This document shows, one piece after another, positions 1-10,752 of a DNA stretch of 64,000 nt. This stretch comes from Thraustochytrium aureum (Eukaryota). Where the stretch lies: assembly GCA_012862495.1 (NCBI GenBank), contig BLSG01000421.1, positions 169,065 to 233,064 of the forward strand. Direction: 5' to 3'. The notes below the pieces were generated by a model. The model did no database searches. It saw nothing but the letters and a program-made list of their open reading frames with translations, and was not told where the DNA came from. Made by a program: the position numbers and the translations under genes. How positions within the stretch are numbered: position 1 is the stretch's first letter; each line of letters begins with the position of its first letter.

Positions 1-45
<45 letters not shown>

Positions 46-50
46 GGAGA
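1..50. repeat. (GA)n microsatellite
   Basis: Nearly perfect GA dinucleotide run from base 1. Confidence 0.97.
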
Positions 51-594
51 GCCTTTGAGGAGAGAGTGCGCTCCTGCTCACAAACTGGTTGAGAGGAGAA
101 AGGCGCAAGCCAAAGGGCAGAGGGCTCCGGAGGGCAGCGAACAAACGGAACCAAAGTAAAATTCAGAGCCGCCTCTCTAGCTAGCTACTACTAGTAGAGT
201 ACCCAACAAAATGGATTGTTCATGAAAATCTTCAAGAGGCAGAACGTGCTTGCCTGCCAGTGAGAGGAGTGAGTTGAAGAGTGTGTTTCCCCTGTCCTTG
301 ACTCTCAGGCTGTTGACTCTGCAGAATCCAGGGTCAAGAGTTCCCGCCTTGCAAGCGGCGCAGATGGATATTGGGATTCAATAGTCATACTGGGGTTCAA
401 GACTCATGTGCAGTTAGGGGTTGGGTTAGGGTGACGCATTTTGAACGCCGGGGACATGCATGCGTGCCTTGGACCCGCATCGCGCGGAGGAGGGCGGGAG
501 AGGGCGCGGAGGAGGGCGGGAGAGGACGCTGCGCGCAAGGGCGTACACTGCACGCTCGTACGTTCGCACGGCCGTTGGCTCGTTCGCTGGCTCG

Positions 595-704
595 CACGCA
601 ACGCGTTCACGCAACGCGTTCGCGCAACGCGTTCACGCAACACATTCACGCAACGCGTTCACGCAACGCATCCACGTAACGCGTTCACGCAACGCATTCA
701 CGCA
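595..704. repeat. 13-bp tandem repeat (CACGCAACGCGTT, about 8.5 copies)
   Basis: Units start at 595, 608, 621, 634, 647, 660, 673, 686 and 699; five contain the palindrome AACGCGTT. Confidence 0.95.
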
Positions 705-771
705 CGCTTGCACGCGGCCGTGCTGCGTTTCGAGGCGGCTGTGTGTGGCTGGGCGACCGCGGCACGACGAG

Positions 772-2656
772 ATGGACGATGGGAGCTCTGCACTCATCGC
801 CAAGCTGCTCGCAGAAGACCAGCAGTACGCTCTCGCAGCCGGTAAGTCGGGTGGACCGTAGCCTACGCGCCCGCGGTCGTGGAACTGACGAGGTGCCTGC
901 CGACCACGTCGCCGCACCAGGACTCTACGACGAGCCCCTGAGCGACGACGGCGAAACGAAGCGCAAGAGGCGCAAGAAGACGAAGGCGAGCAGCCGAGCC
1001 AAGCCCAAGCCAGCTGCAGATGCCAAGTCAGCGTCAAAGCCGCGCACCGCGCCGCAGTCCACGGCCTCTGCTCAGAACAGCGACGCCGCCGCGCCCGAAG
1101 GCGAGGCATCGAAAAAGCGCGCCACGCCGCGTAGGTGGACCGCTGAAGAGGAGGCGCGGTTCCTCGACGGCCTTGAGCGATTCGGGCGCGACTGGCAGCA
1201 GATTGCAGAGCACGTGGGCACAACGCGCAAGGCTCGCGATGTTGCCTCTCACGCCCAAAAGCACTTCATCAAGCTTTACAAGGAGAGCCTGCCGTTGCCT
1301 GCAAAGGTCTGCGAGTCCGGCGACGGCTACACGCTTTCCGGCAAGCCGCTCGACCCCGACTCGGCCGCGGCACGCGCGTACGGCGTCAAGGGCTCTGACG
1401 CCACCAAAGAGTACCGGATGGCAAACGAGGCCAAGCGGCGCGGCAGCAGCAACAGCAGCAGCAACAACAACAACAACCAGGGCTCGCCGCCGGTCTGCGA
1501 CGGCCCTGGCCCAGACGGTCCCGCCGCACCTGGCGCCCCTGATGCCGAGCACAGTGCAGCCTCGGCAAGCCCCGACGGCGCTGGCCCAGCTGAAGCGAGC
1601 AAAGACGGCAGCAAGGCCGCCACTGCTGCGAAGAAGAGGCGCGAAACCCTGGCCGAGCGCGAACGCAAAGCGGCGCTCAAGCTGCGAGAGGCGTGGGAGC
1701 GCAAGCAGGCCAAACGACAGAACCTGTACGGGTCGGATGGCCGGACTGACTACTCGAGAAACCGGAGCCGGCGGCGCGCCGCCACGCGCTTCGTGACCAA
1801 CCCGTCCGAGGCCCTGGACTTCGTGTCCGTGTCCTCGTACGTGGGCCCGCCGGCGTCGGGGCCCAAGAGCCAGCCGTTCCTCGTCAAGGTCTGCTCCAGC
1901 GTGTATGCCACGGTGGACCTGCACGCGCACATGTCGACCGCGGAGGTGATGGGATTCCTTGCTGGCCGCTTTGACCCTAACAAGCTTACCATCACCGTCG
2001 AAAAGGCCTTTCCTGGCAGCTCTACGCTTAACGGGGCCACTGAGTGCGAGATGGACCCCGTGGTCGAGGTCAACTTGCGCGCTGAAATTACGGGCGTCGG
2101 GCTCTCGGTCGTCGGCTGGTACCACAGCCACCCCACGTTCCAGCCAGTGCCGAGCCAATGCGACGTGGAAAACCAAGCCAACTACCAAGCTCTCTTCCGC
2201 GACGAGTCGTGCGGCATGGAGCCCTTCTTGGGGCTCATTCTGTCGCCGTTCGACCCGGAGCTGCCGTCGCCGCGCAGCCAGCACGGCTGGTTTTACGTCG
2301 AGGCCCCTCAAGTACTCAAAGCCCCCAAGCGGATCGAGGCCGACCTCGTCTGCGAGGCCTCGCTTGCCGCGGACACTGTAGAGCGCATGCTGGCTCTCGT
2401 CCGGGACGGCGCAGCGCGCGCGGCCACTGGATGCGACCACGCCGTCGACTTTGCCGCCGTCTGGCGCACCGACAAGGACAACAATGACCTTTCAATGCTT
2501 GGCAAGCTCCGTGCCTCGCTGGCGTTCTCGCTGGCTCCGCTCGTGTACACGTTGGCGTCGCACGGCGCAGACGCAGAAGCGGTGCAGACAGCACCGCCCG
2601 ACCACGAGAGCGCGGACGCCGTCCTTGACAACGTTCTAGCGGGCTTGCAGCTGTGA
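772..2656 (+). CDS. MYSM1: Myb/SANT (SHAQKHF) + MPN/JAMM deubiquitinase, MYSM1-like; 2 exons (772-841, 921-2656)
   Basis: RWTAEEEARFLDGLERFGRDWQQIAEHVG...SHAQKHF Myb domain; EVMGFL and VVGWYHSHP..PS..D JAMM motif intact; ATG at 772 splices in frame (G|GA CTC TAC = G-L-Y). Confidence 0.85.
842..920 (+). other. spliceosomal intron (79 nt)
   Basis: gtaagt donor, ctgac branch-like site near 885, ccag acceptor; splicing joins exon 1 to the long ORF in frame. Confidence 0.85.
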
Positions 2657-2851
2657 GGGACGGCGTTGCGGCAGCGCTCGCTCAAGCGTGCTTGGTACCT
2701 ATCTTCTTTCTCAACTCGTGTTTTTCTCTTCTTCTTCTTCTTCTTTTTCCTTCCTTCCTTTTGCGTTGGTACCTGCGCGGCGGCTGCAGGCCCTTCGCTG
2801 TTTCTGTAGATGCTGGCTTGTCACAGCAGCGCTTGCGCCTCTCCACGCCTT

Positions 2852-5800
2852 TTAGCGCTTGATGTGCTGGACGTACTTGAGGCAGACCAAGGCCGCCCCG
2901 CGCCACAAAAAGTAAAACCCGCCCAGCGCCGAAAGCGAAGCCCAGAGCCCCGCGTCGTCGGTGGGAAAGTTGTACTGGCGCAGGAGAGCGTCGCCATCCT
3001 CCACGGGACAGTAGTAGCGAAAACAGTGCGGGTCATTCAGCACATCGCTCATGTTGTGAAGGATCGCCGAGAACACGCAGCCTTTGTTGTAGTCCAGGTT
3101 GGCGCCGAAAGGGAACGGGGGCGCGTTGACGTCGTTGCCGCCAACAAAGATCGGGATCGCGCGCTCGTTGTGCGGGCAGGAAAAGTGGCGCCCATGCAAC
3201 TCGTTCGAGATCAGGAACGCCAGAGGGTAACGGAACATGGAGATGTAGTACATGGGCTTCCAGTAGACCGGGATCGAGTGAAACGGGAGCAAAAAGCCAC
3301 AGAACAAGGTGAACACCGAGTTCATCACCGTGTTGATGATCGTCCCCGCGTCCGCGTTGGGGGCGATCGTGGCCACCCAGCCAGAAAAGGCAAAGCACAC
3401 CAGGTTGAGCAAGAACATCCCGAAACAGAAGAGCGCGAGCTTGTCCGGCTCCGTGCGCAGCCCCACGAGGAAGTAAAAGGTGATGATGAAGCAAAAGTTT
3501 TGCAGCAGGATGAACGGGATCTCGGCCAGAGTGACGGCCAAAAAGTAAGGGAGCAGCGTGTACATGTTGCTCGTGCTCTCGCGAAAGTGCACAGGGCGCT
3601 GGTCGATCATCTGGGGGATGCAGAGCATTGCCGAGTATCCGACATAGGTGACCGAGATGAAGCAGAGCGCGATCCGTGCCTGCGCGCCAGCCACGTCCAG
3701 CTTTGAGTCGAAGAAAAGCACGCCGATGATGAGGCCAAATATGATCGCAGTGCTGCACCGCATCTTGAGCAGCGCCGTGTCGCGCGCCAAGAACCGGAAT
3801 TGGATCTTGAGCAGCGCAGCAAACTGCGTCGAAAACGACGTCGCGTAGGGGCTGGTGAAGGGCGAGGGCTCGCCATACCCGGGAATGCCCTGCCCGTTGG
3901 CGTGGCGCGTGCGCGGGGCGTCGCCAAGGACGCGTTGCTTGTGCTCGGAGCTCTCGTACACATCCGCGGCTGTGCACTCCGCGACAACCTTGCGAGTGCA
4001 CTCGAGCGCAAAGTCGGCTGGGTTGCCGCCAGCAGGGATCGCACCAAAGCCGTGCTGGGCAAAGTAGTCGGTCATATCTGCGACCGCGCCAAAGTACGCC
4101 ACACGGCCACCCGCTTGCAGCAGCAGGATCCAGTCGAAGAGTGCGAAGACCTCGGCGCTCGGCTGGTGGATCGTGCACATGGTCGCCTTGTTCGCGCAGG
4201 CGGCCCGGACGGCCTGCATCACGGCCAGCGCCGAAGCGGCGTCCAGCCCGGTGGTGGGCTCGTCCAGGTACAAAAGGGCCGGGTCCATGGCGAGCTCGCA
4301 GCGATTGTCGTCTTTTTTGCGAATTTCGGGGCTGACGCCGGGGATCCCGTCTGCCGTCGCTGGGGCCCCGATTAGGTTGTGCTGGAACGGCCCGAGCCCG
4401 AGCTGCGCAATCACCTTTTCAACGAGCTGGGAGCGCCCGGCGGCGCTGACCTCGCGTGGGAGACGCAGCAACGCGCTAGCCTCAATGGCCTCGCGCACCG
4501 ATTGCGTCGGCAGGTGCGAGTCCATCTGCTCAACGTAGGCGGCGAAACGGGGGTAATCCGGCCCGCGAGGGCTGCCGTTGATGAGAAGCCTCTCCGCAGA
4601 AATGTGGCCTCCCGTCTTCTTGTCGGCGAGTACATCTAGCAAGGTCGACTTGCCCGCCCCAGATGGGCCCATGAGGGCAACGATTCGGCCCGCCTCCGCG
4701 TAGCCCGACACGTCGAATAGGAGCTGCTTGCGCACGGGCTTTTCGAAGCGGCCGCGCGGGATGTCCACCGAGTAGTTGAGGTTGTGGAACTCGATGCAGC
4801 CGCTCACGCTCGGGATGCCCGCCTGCAAGAGCGGGCTCGTCACGAGCGCCGCTGCGCTCGCTGCGCGGTGCAGCTCGGCGTCGGATATCTCGAGGTCGTC
4901 GTCCTGGAGCAGCTGGTAGTCGGCCCCGGCAGCGACCTGGCCAAGCCGACGCGACTTGATGATGCGCTTCTTCTCCTCCCTGAGCTCCCGCTTGCGCGAG
5001 TCAATGAGCTGGCCGGCAGAGTCGGAGCTGTCCGCCTCGTAGTGCACCGTGTGCATGATCGCTAGCAAGATGATGGTGAACGAGATCGGGAACACCAGAT
5101 TCTGCAAGAACAGGACCCACTTGTCCTGCTCCCCGCTGTCATAGTCGTACATGTAGAGCGAGGCCCCGCCCGAGGACAGCGGGCAGGTGCGATACGCCGG
5201 CCCGTTAAACCCGTCGGGCGCCTTTTTTGTCAAGGTTTGGGTTGCTCAGGGGCGGGAAGAGCTGGTCGTCATCGCAATAGTACGACAGCCCCACGACCTC
5301 GTTAATAGCGAGGCCCTTGACCGCGCGCGAGAGCGCGGACACGTCCCACAGCCAGCGCATGGGCTTGAAGAGCGGTTTTGCGGGACCAAGTAGCCGCAGA
5401 ACAGCGTCATGAGCGCGATAAAGGTCGGCGTCACCGACTGGGCGACCACGGCGCTTGGCGAGGCCATGATGACCAAGAGGCAGAGCAGCCAGGAGGTGGC
5501 CTGCATGGACACGATCGTGGCCCAAAAGTAAATGTAGTTCCATGACACCACCCCGTTGCGGAGCCCGCACAGCGAGTAGACCATGAGGCTGTAGATCATC
5601 GTCTCGATGATGATGATCGGGATCTCCACGGAGAGCAGGGCAGCAACGTAGGCAAGCGGGCGAAAGTAGCCTGCGGACCTTTGGCAGTAGTAGACCTGGC
5701 GCTGCGCAAACAGCTCGGGGATGACCGCCATGGAACCAAACACGACCGAGCTGATGCTCAGGAACACGAGGCCGAACCGGCTCGTTGCACCTTGCTGGTC

Positions 5801-8320
5801 GCTCTCGACCTGGAAGAACATCGACCCAATGAGCGTGCCTTGGAACACCGCCCGACCAAGCCGCACGCGCAGCGTTGGAGAGCGCAGAACGAGCGAGACC
5901 TGCCGCTTGAGGCAGGTCAGGTACTGGTGGACAAACCCCGTCGTGTATGCCGAGGGCCCACAGCAGTAAACCTGGCCGTCGTCGTCGAGAGCTGCCCTTG
6001 GCAACATGCGTTGGAAGAATGAGACCGGCTCTGCGCCCTCTTCGAGCCCCGCATTGAGCTCGGCGCGCTCGAGCTCTGCCTCGACCTTTTCGCGGCTCAG
6101 CGCGGCGGCGTCGAGCTCGCCCCACATAGCCAGACCCAGCTCCTTGTAGTGGTCGCTCTTGCGGAACGCGGTGACGAGGCCCTGCCTGGCGATCGACTCG
6201 CGGCGGACAAAAGCCTTGGAAGCGGAGTCGGTTGCGGCTGCGGCGCCCGCCGCCGCCCCGGAAGCAGACGCAGAGGACTCGCCAGAGTCGTCCGCGCGGC
6301 GAAACTGTTCGGCGTCGCCTGTGAGCTCCTCCAGAAAGTCAGAGATCGCTTTCGTGGGCGGGCGCACAAACCCCTGCTGGAAAAAGAAGCGCTCCGCCTC
6401 CTCGGTGGGGCCAAAGTAGATGCAGGTGCCGCGGCTGACGAGGCAGACCGTGTCAAAGAGGGCCAATAGTTCGGGGCTCGGCTGGCTCACCGTGGCCATG
6501 AACGCCGCGAGTCCCGTGTCAGACAGAGCACGTGTCGCCTTGATGACGTCGTAGGCCGCGGACGAGTCGAGCCCGTTCGTGGGCTGCGAGGCGAAGAGCA
6601 GGGAGCGCCCCACAACAAGTTCGACGCCAAGGGAAACGCGGCGCTTCTCGCCGCCCGAAATGCCGCGCACAAGCTGGTCGCCGACGATGGTGTCGGCCAC
6701 GTGGCTGAGGCCGAGCAAGGCCATCACGACGTTGATGCGCTCCTTCCGCAGCTTGTCGGGGAGCTCTACCGGTGATCGCATGTTGAGCGAAAACTCGAGC
6801 GTCTCCCGAACCGTCAAGGTTGGCAAGTTGATGTCTTCCTTCGGGATGTAGGCCAGGATCTTCTTGATCTTGGCGCTGGGCGGGTAGCCGTCGAGAAGGA
6901 TCTCGCCCGTGACGCGGCCGCCCGTGTTTCGCCCGGCGAGGACCTTGAGCAGCGTCGTGGCCCCCGAGTCTGGAGCGCCAACAACGGCTACGCACATCCC
7001 CGGCTTGATGTACCCGGACACGCCCTTGAGAATGAGGTTGCCCTTGCTCTTGTAAAAGAGCGAGCGCCACACCAGCGACGAGGCGCTCGTGGAACCTGCC
7101 CCCCAGCCGCTTTCGCCTTTGCCTCCCAGCTCCTGTCGACGAAACATAAACCCCTTGATCACGTGGCGCTCGAACTGCGTCGAGAGCTTGAACTTTGGTC
7201 GGCTCATGCCAAACGCGTCGGCGCCTTCGTCGCTCTCTTCGTCGATGAGCGCTGGTTTTGGCCGCGCGCTGTCGCTGTCCCCGTTCTGCCCCGACGCGGA
7301 ATCACCAAGCGAGAACGCGTCGGAAACGTCAAGGCCGCGCCCGCGTGTAATTGATTGCGTGTTGAGAATCGAGGGCGTGCCCTCGACGATAAAGCTTCTC
7401 GGCAGGCCGTCATCCGGAATCGGGCTAAACATCTCCGAGCCCGGCGTGACGGCAGAGATTTGCGAGCCGACCGTGAGGGGTACGTTTACGCCGAGCCCAT
7501 CGAGGAGGCCGGCCTGGGCGCCGCCAAGGCTCCGGTCCTGGTTGATCACCTTGCGCTTGGTCGATGACACGCGCGAGCCGCAAGAAACAAGACCGGACCA
7601 CGTCAGCGCGAACGTGAGGATGGAGAATCCGACGGCGCCAAAAATGAGCCCGAATGCGATGTGCNNNNNNNNNNNNNNNNNNNNNNNNNNNNNNNNNNNN
7701 NNNNNNNNNNNNNNNNNNNNNNNNNNNNNNCACCCAAAGTCGACTTTGCAGGCCGAGATGAAGGCGGGCGGGAGCTGCCCGCAGGTCCCCTTGTCGACGC
7801 ACGAGCTCAGCGTGCGCATGTCGTTGTCATTGTGGCACTCAAGCGGCGCGCAGCTCGGCAGCGAGAACTCGAGCACGGCCCCGCCGATTCCAAAGCGATA
7901 GGTGCCATCGCAGAGCGCGCCGTTGATGCTCTCGCAGGTTTTCTCCAGGTCGTCGCGGCCGTTGAGGCAGTGATCGTCCAGTGTGCAGTCGCCCTGGAGC
8001 CACTTGTTCAGTCGGTCGTCCCAGCAGTTTCCAAAGATGAAATCATGCCAGCACTCGGCATTCGCGCGGCTGAACTTGATGTAAGCGAGCGCAAGCTTGG
8101 TGTTGTTGGTAACATTAAACGACGGCGACCGCAGCACAGCTCCGCACTCCTCCGAGACATCATCGCAGCCTGCCAGCAGTTCTCTCGGATCAAGGCCCCC
8201 AAGGATGCCGCGCCGCACCTCGTCCCACGACCCCAGCATCGCGCCCGTCGCCTCGCACTTCCCTACGGCAGCAGCAAGCGTCGCCGCAACAACCGCAAGC
8301 ACCACCCCCCGGCGCACCAT
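2852..8320 (-). CDS. full-size ABCG/PDR-type ABC transporter with N-terminal signal peptide and Cys-rich ectodomain (frameshifts near 5380 and 5225, compensating pair near 4310; one N-gap)
   Basis: NBD1 (GISGGEKRRVSLG), TMD1, NBD2 (GPSGAGKST, LYLDEPTTGLD, TIHQPS), TMD2. ORFs 5246-8320, 5205-6125 (its MRWLWDVS...AINE segment) and 2852-5233 join into one protein. Confidence 0.92.
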
Positions 8321-9525
8321 CCTTTGTCAACTCCAAGCCGGCCCACCGCACAACCGCCGCAAACCAACCGCGGCACCAGCAGCTCGCGTGGCAGCCGTGC
8401 AAACCAAGCAGGCCAGCTGCAACCGTGCGAAACCAAGCAGAGGCAAGCACGAGCGCCGACCGCGCGAAACCAAGCACGGAGACCAGCGCCGACCGCGAAA
8501 AGCCACGCGCCCAGCGGCGCGCGCACACCGGCGTTGCGCAGCTGTTCTCCGGCGCGACGCAGGGCCTCCCGCTCCTGCTCGCCGTCGCCGCTGACGCTCG
8601 CGCACGCAGCNNNNNNNNNNNNNNNNNNNNNNNNNNNNNNNNNNNNNNNNNNNNNNNNNNNNNNNNNNNNNNNNNNNNNNNNNNNNNNNNNNNNNNNNNN
8701 NNNNNNNNNNNNNNNNNNNNNNNNNNNNNNNNNNNNNNNNNNNNNNNNNNNNNNNNNNNNNNNNNNNNNNNNNNNNNNNNNNNNNNNNNNNNNNNNNNNN
8801 NNNNNNNNNNNNNNNNNNNNNNNNNNNNNNNNNNNNNNNNNNNNNNNNNNNNNNNNNNNNNNNNNNNNNNNNNNNNNNNNNNNNNNNNNNNNNNNNNNNN
8901 NNNNNNNNNNNNNNNNNNNNNNNNNNNNNNNNNNNNNNNNNNNNNNNNNNNNNNNNNNNNNNNNNNNNNNNNNNNNNNNNNNNNNNNNNNNNNNNNNNNN
9001 NNNNNNNNNNNNNNNNNNNNNNNNNNNNNNNNNNNNNNNNNNNNNNNNNNNNNNNNNNNNNNNNNNNNNNNNNNNNNNNNNNNNNNNNNNNNNNNNNNNN
9101 NNNNNNNNNNNNNNNNNNNNNNNNNNNNNNNNNNNNNNNNNNNNNNNNNNNNNNNNNNNNNNNNNNNNNNNNNNNNNNNNNNNNNNNNNNNNNNNNNNNN
9201 NNNNNNNNNNNNNNNNNNNNNNNNNNNNNNNNNNNNNNNNNNNNNNNNNNNNNNNNNNNNNNNNNNNNNNNNNNNNNNNNNNNNNNNNNNNNNNNNNNNN
9301 NNNNNNNNNNNNNNNNNNNNNNNNNNNNNNNNNNNNNNNNNNNNNNNNNNNNNNNNNNNNNNNNNNNNNNNNNNNNNNNNNNNNNNNNNNNNNNNNNNNN
9401 NNNNNNNNNNNNNNNNNNNNNNNNNNNNNNNNNNNNNNNNNNNNNNNNNNNNNNNNNNNNNNNNNNNNNNNNNNNNNNNNNNNNNNNNNNNNNNNNNNNN
9501 NNNNNNNNNNNNNNNNNNNNNNNNN

Positions 9526-9557
9526 CGAGGACGCCGGTTCGAATCCGGCCACGACGT
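9526..9557 (+). tRNA. 3' part of a tRNA or tRNA-derived element (5' part in N-gap; isotype unknown)
   Basis: Perfect T-arm GCCGG-TTCGAAT-CCGGC (9533-9549) directly after the gap. Confidence 0.5.
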
Positions 9558-9992
9558 TCAAGGTCTTCGGTCATCAGCGCTCCAGTAGTGTCTCATCGTA
9601 TCGCGGCGTCTTTCATGTTACATGTTTTCCGCTTGCATTCCTTTGGGTTAGGACACCGGCGCGGGTTCCAGTGGGGAACAACAACTTGTCTTCTTTGCAT
9701 TCCAGAACTTACTTGCCTTGCCGCGCTCAAGGATCGGGCTCGACTCTGATTGTCGTCGAGTCCGTCAAATTGCGCGAACAGTACGTTTGGCACGCTTACA
9801 TAGGCACGTCCTCACTTGACTGGGATGCGCCTTCGACCTTGTGCAGACATGTTCACGACTTGCTCCTCGACGAGTCCCGCAAATCCCTTTTAGCGGGTCT
9901 TCGAGTCCGCGCTGCACAGAACTGCCATGGCAGACTCAGAAACCCATTGAGCAAGCGGACGAGCGACCCGACAAGCCGAGCCCGGGGCTACG

Positions 9993-10544
9993 ATGGACAC
10001 CGAGACGCTCCTCGAGCAGGTGGAGGAGCCCACGCTTCGTCGACTGTTCAGGTACCTGATGTCCGAGATAGTCTCCAGCGAGTTGGAAGCCTTCCTCGGC
10101 GAGCATTGCGACATGTTCCTTGGCGAGCTGACGGACATCGTTGGCGAGCAAGACCTTGAGCGTTTCGACGTCTACAAGCAGTACTGCGGTTTGCTGGACC
10201 GGCAGCTTGGGCAGTTTTGTGCCAAGCAGGGCGTTTCGCAGCGCCACGTGTTTGAGCTCTGCGACGCGGCCTGCAACGCGGCAGAGGGCACCAACATGAC
10301 TTCGGTGCTTCTCGACATGCTGCTCTGCTCGACGAGCTATGAGATGTTTTGCGTCAACATGAGCACGTTCAAGCGATTCAAGGCGCACCGCGAGACAGCG
10401 CGCCAGGGGGGCGAGTCCAAGTTTGCCGACGACGACGAGCCAGATTCCCTCTCAGTTAGCTCTGTCCCTGACGACGAGTACGATGAGTCCAAGTGCGATG
10501 CCGAGTCAAAGTCAGCCGGGCCGAAGCGGTCCACGAAAAAGTAG
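9993..10544 (+). CDS. ARL2-binding BART-domain protein (CFAP36/ARL2BP-like), acidic tail
   Basis: FLGEHCDMF...EQDLERFDVYKQYCGLLDRQLGQFCAKQGVS...LLCSTSYEMFCVNM fits the BART domain pattern. Confidence 0.75.
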   Translation: MDTETLLEQVEEPTLRRLFRYLMSEIVSSELEAFLGEHCDMFLGELTDIVGEQDLERFDVYKQYCGLLDRQLGQFCAKQGVSQRHVFELCDAACNAAEGTNMTSVLLDMLLCSTSYEMFCVNMSTFKRFKAHRETARQGGESKFADDDEPDSLSVSSVPDDEYDESKCDAESKSAGPKRSTKK

Positions 10545-10641
10545 GTTGCATTGCTCAGCCAGTGCCGCACGAAAAAGTAGGCTGCATTGGTCAGCCAGCG
10601 CCGCACAAAAAGTAGGCTGCATTGGTCAGCCAGGGCCGCAC
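10532..10641. repeat. 36-bp tandem repeat x3 overlapping the BART gene stop codon
   Basis: CACGAAAAAGTAGGYTGCATTGSTCAGCCAGBGCCG at 10532, 10568 and 10604 (third copy 1 nt shorter); a 14-bp duplication follows at 10644-10671. Confidence 0.92.
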
Positions 10642-10752
10642 TCCTCAACTCAGGTGACTCAACTCAGGTGAGAAACACAAGAACAGGATATAGTTGGGCT
10701 AGCGCCTCATTTGTAGCATACACAACGCAATTGCGCAGATGATCCCGCCCAT

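Noticed and set aside
176..200. Recurring CTAGCTAG/TAGAGTA motif (also near 34270, 48362 and 63970)
   Set aside because: Short, low-complexity and inconsistently placed relative to genes; significance cannot be shown without genome-wide counts.
365..410. tRNA gene (TGGATATTGG and GTTCAAGAC)
   Set aside because: A/B box spacing is too short, the T-stem is imperfect and no cloverleaf forms.
413..431. Telomere or telomerase RNA template
   Set aside because: Only two TTAGGG hexamers with an imperfect spacer; not enough on its own.
7661..10159. Long ORFs spanning N-runs, and antisense ORFs such as 1034-2440 and 24874-26217
   Set aside because: Artefacts of N translation or GC-rich shadow frames opposite well-supported genes.
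10532..10641. CRISPR-like 36-bp repeats
   Set aside because: Units are contiguous with no unique spacers, no cas genes are present, and the context is eukaryotic.
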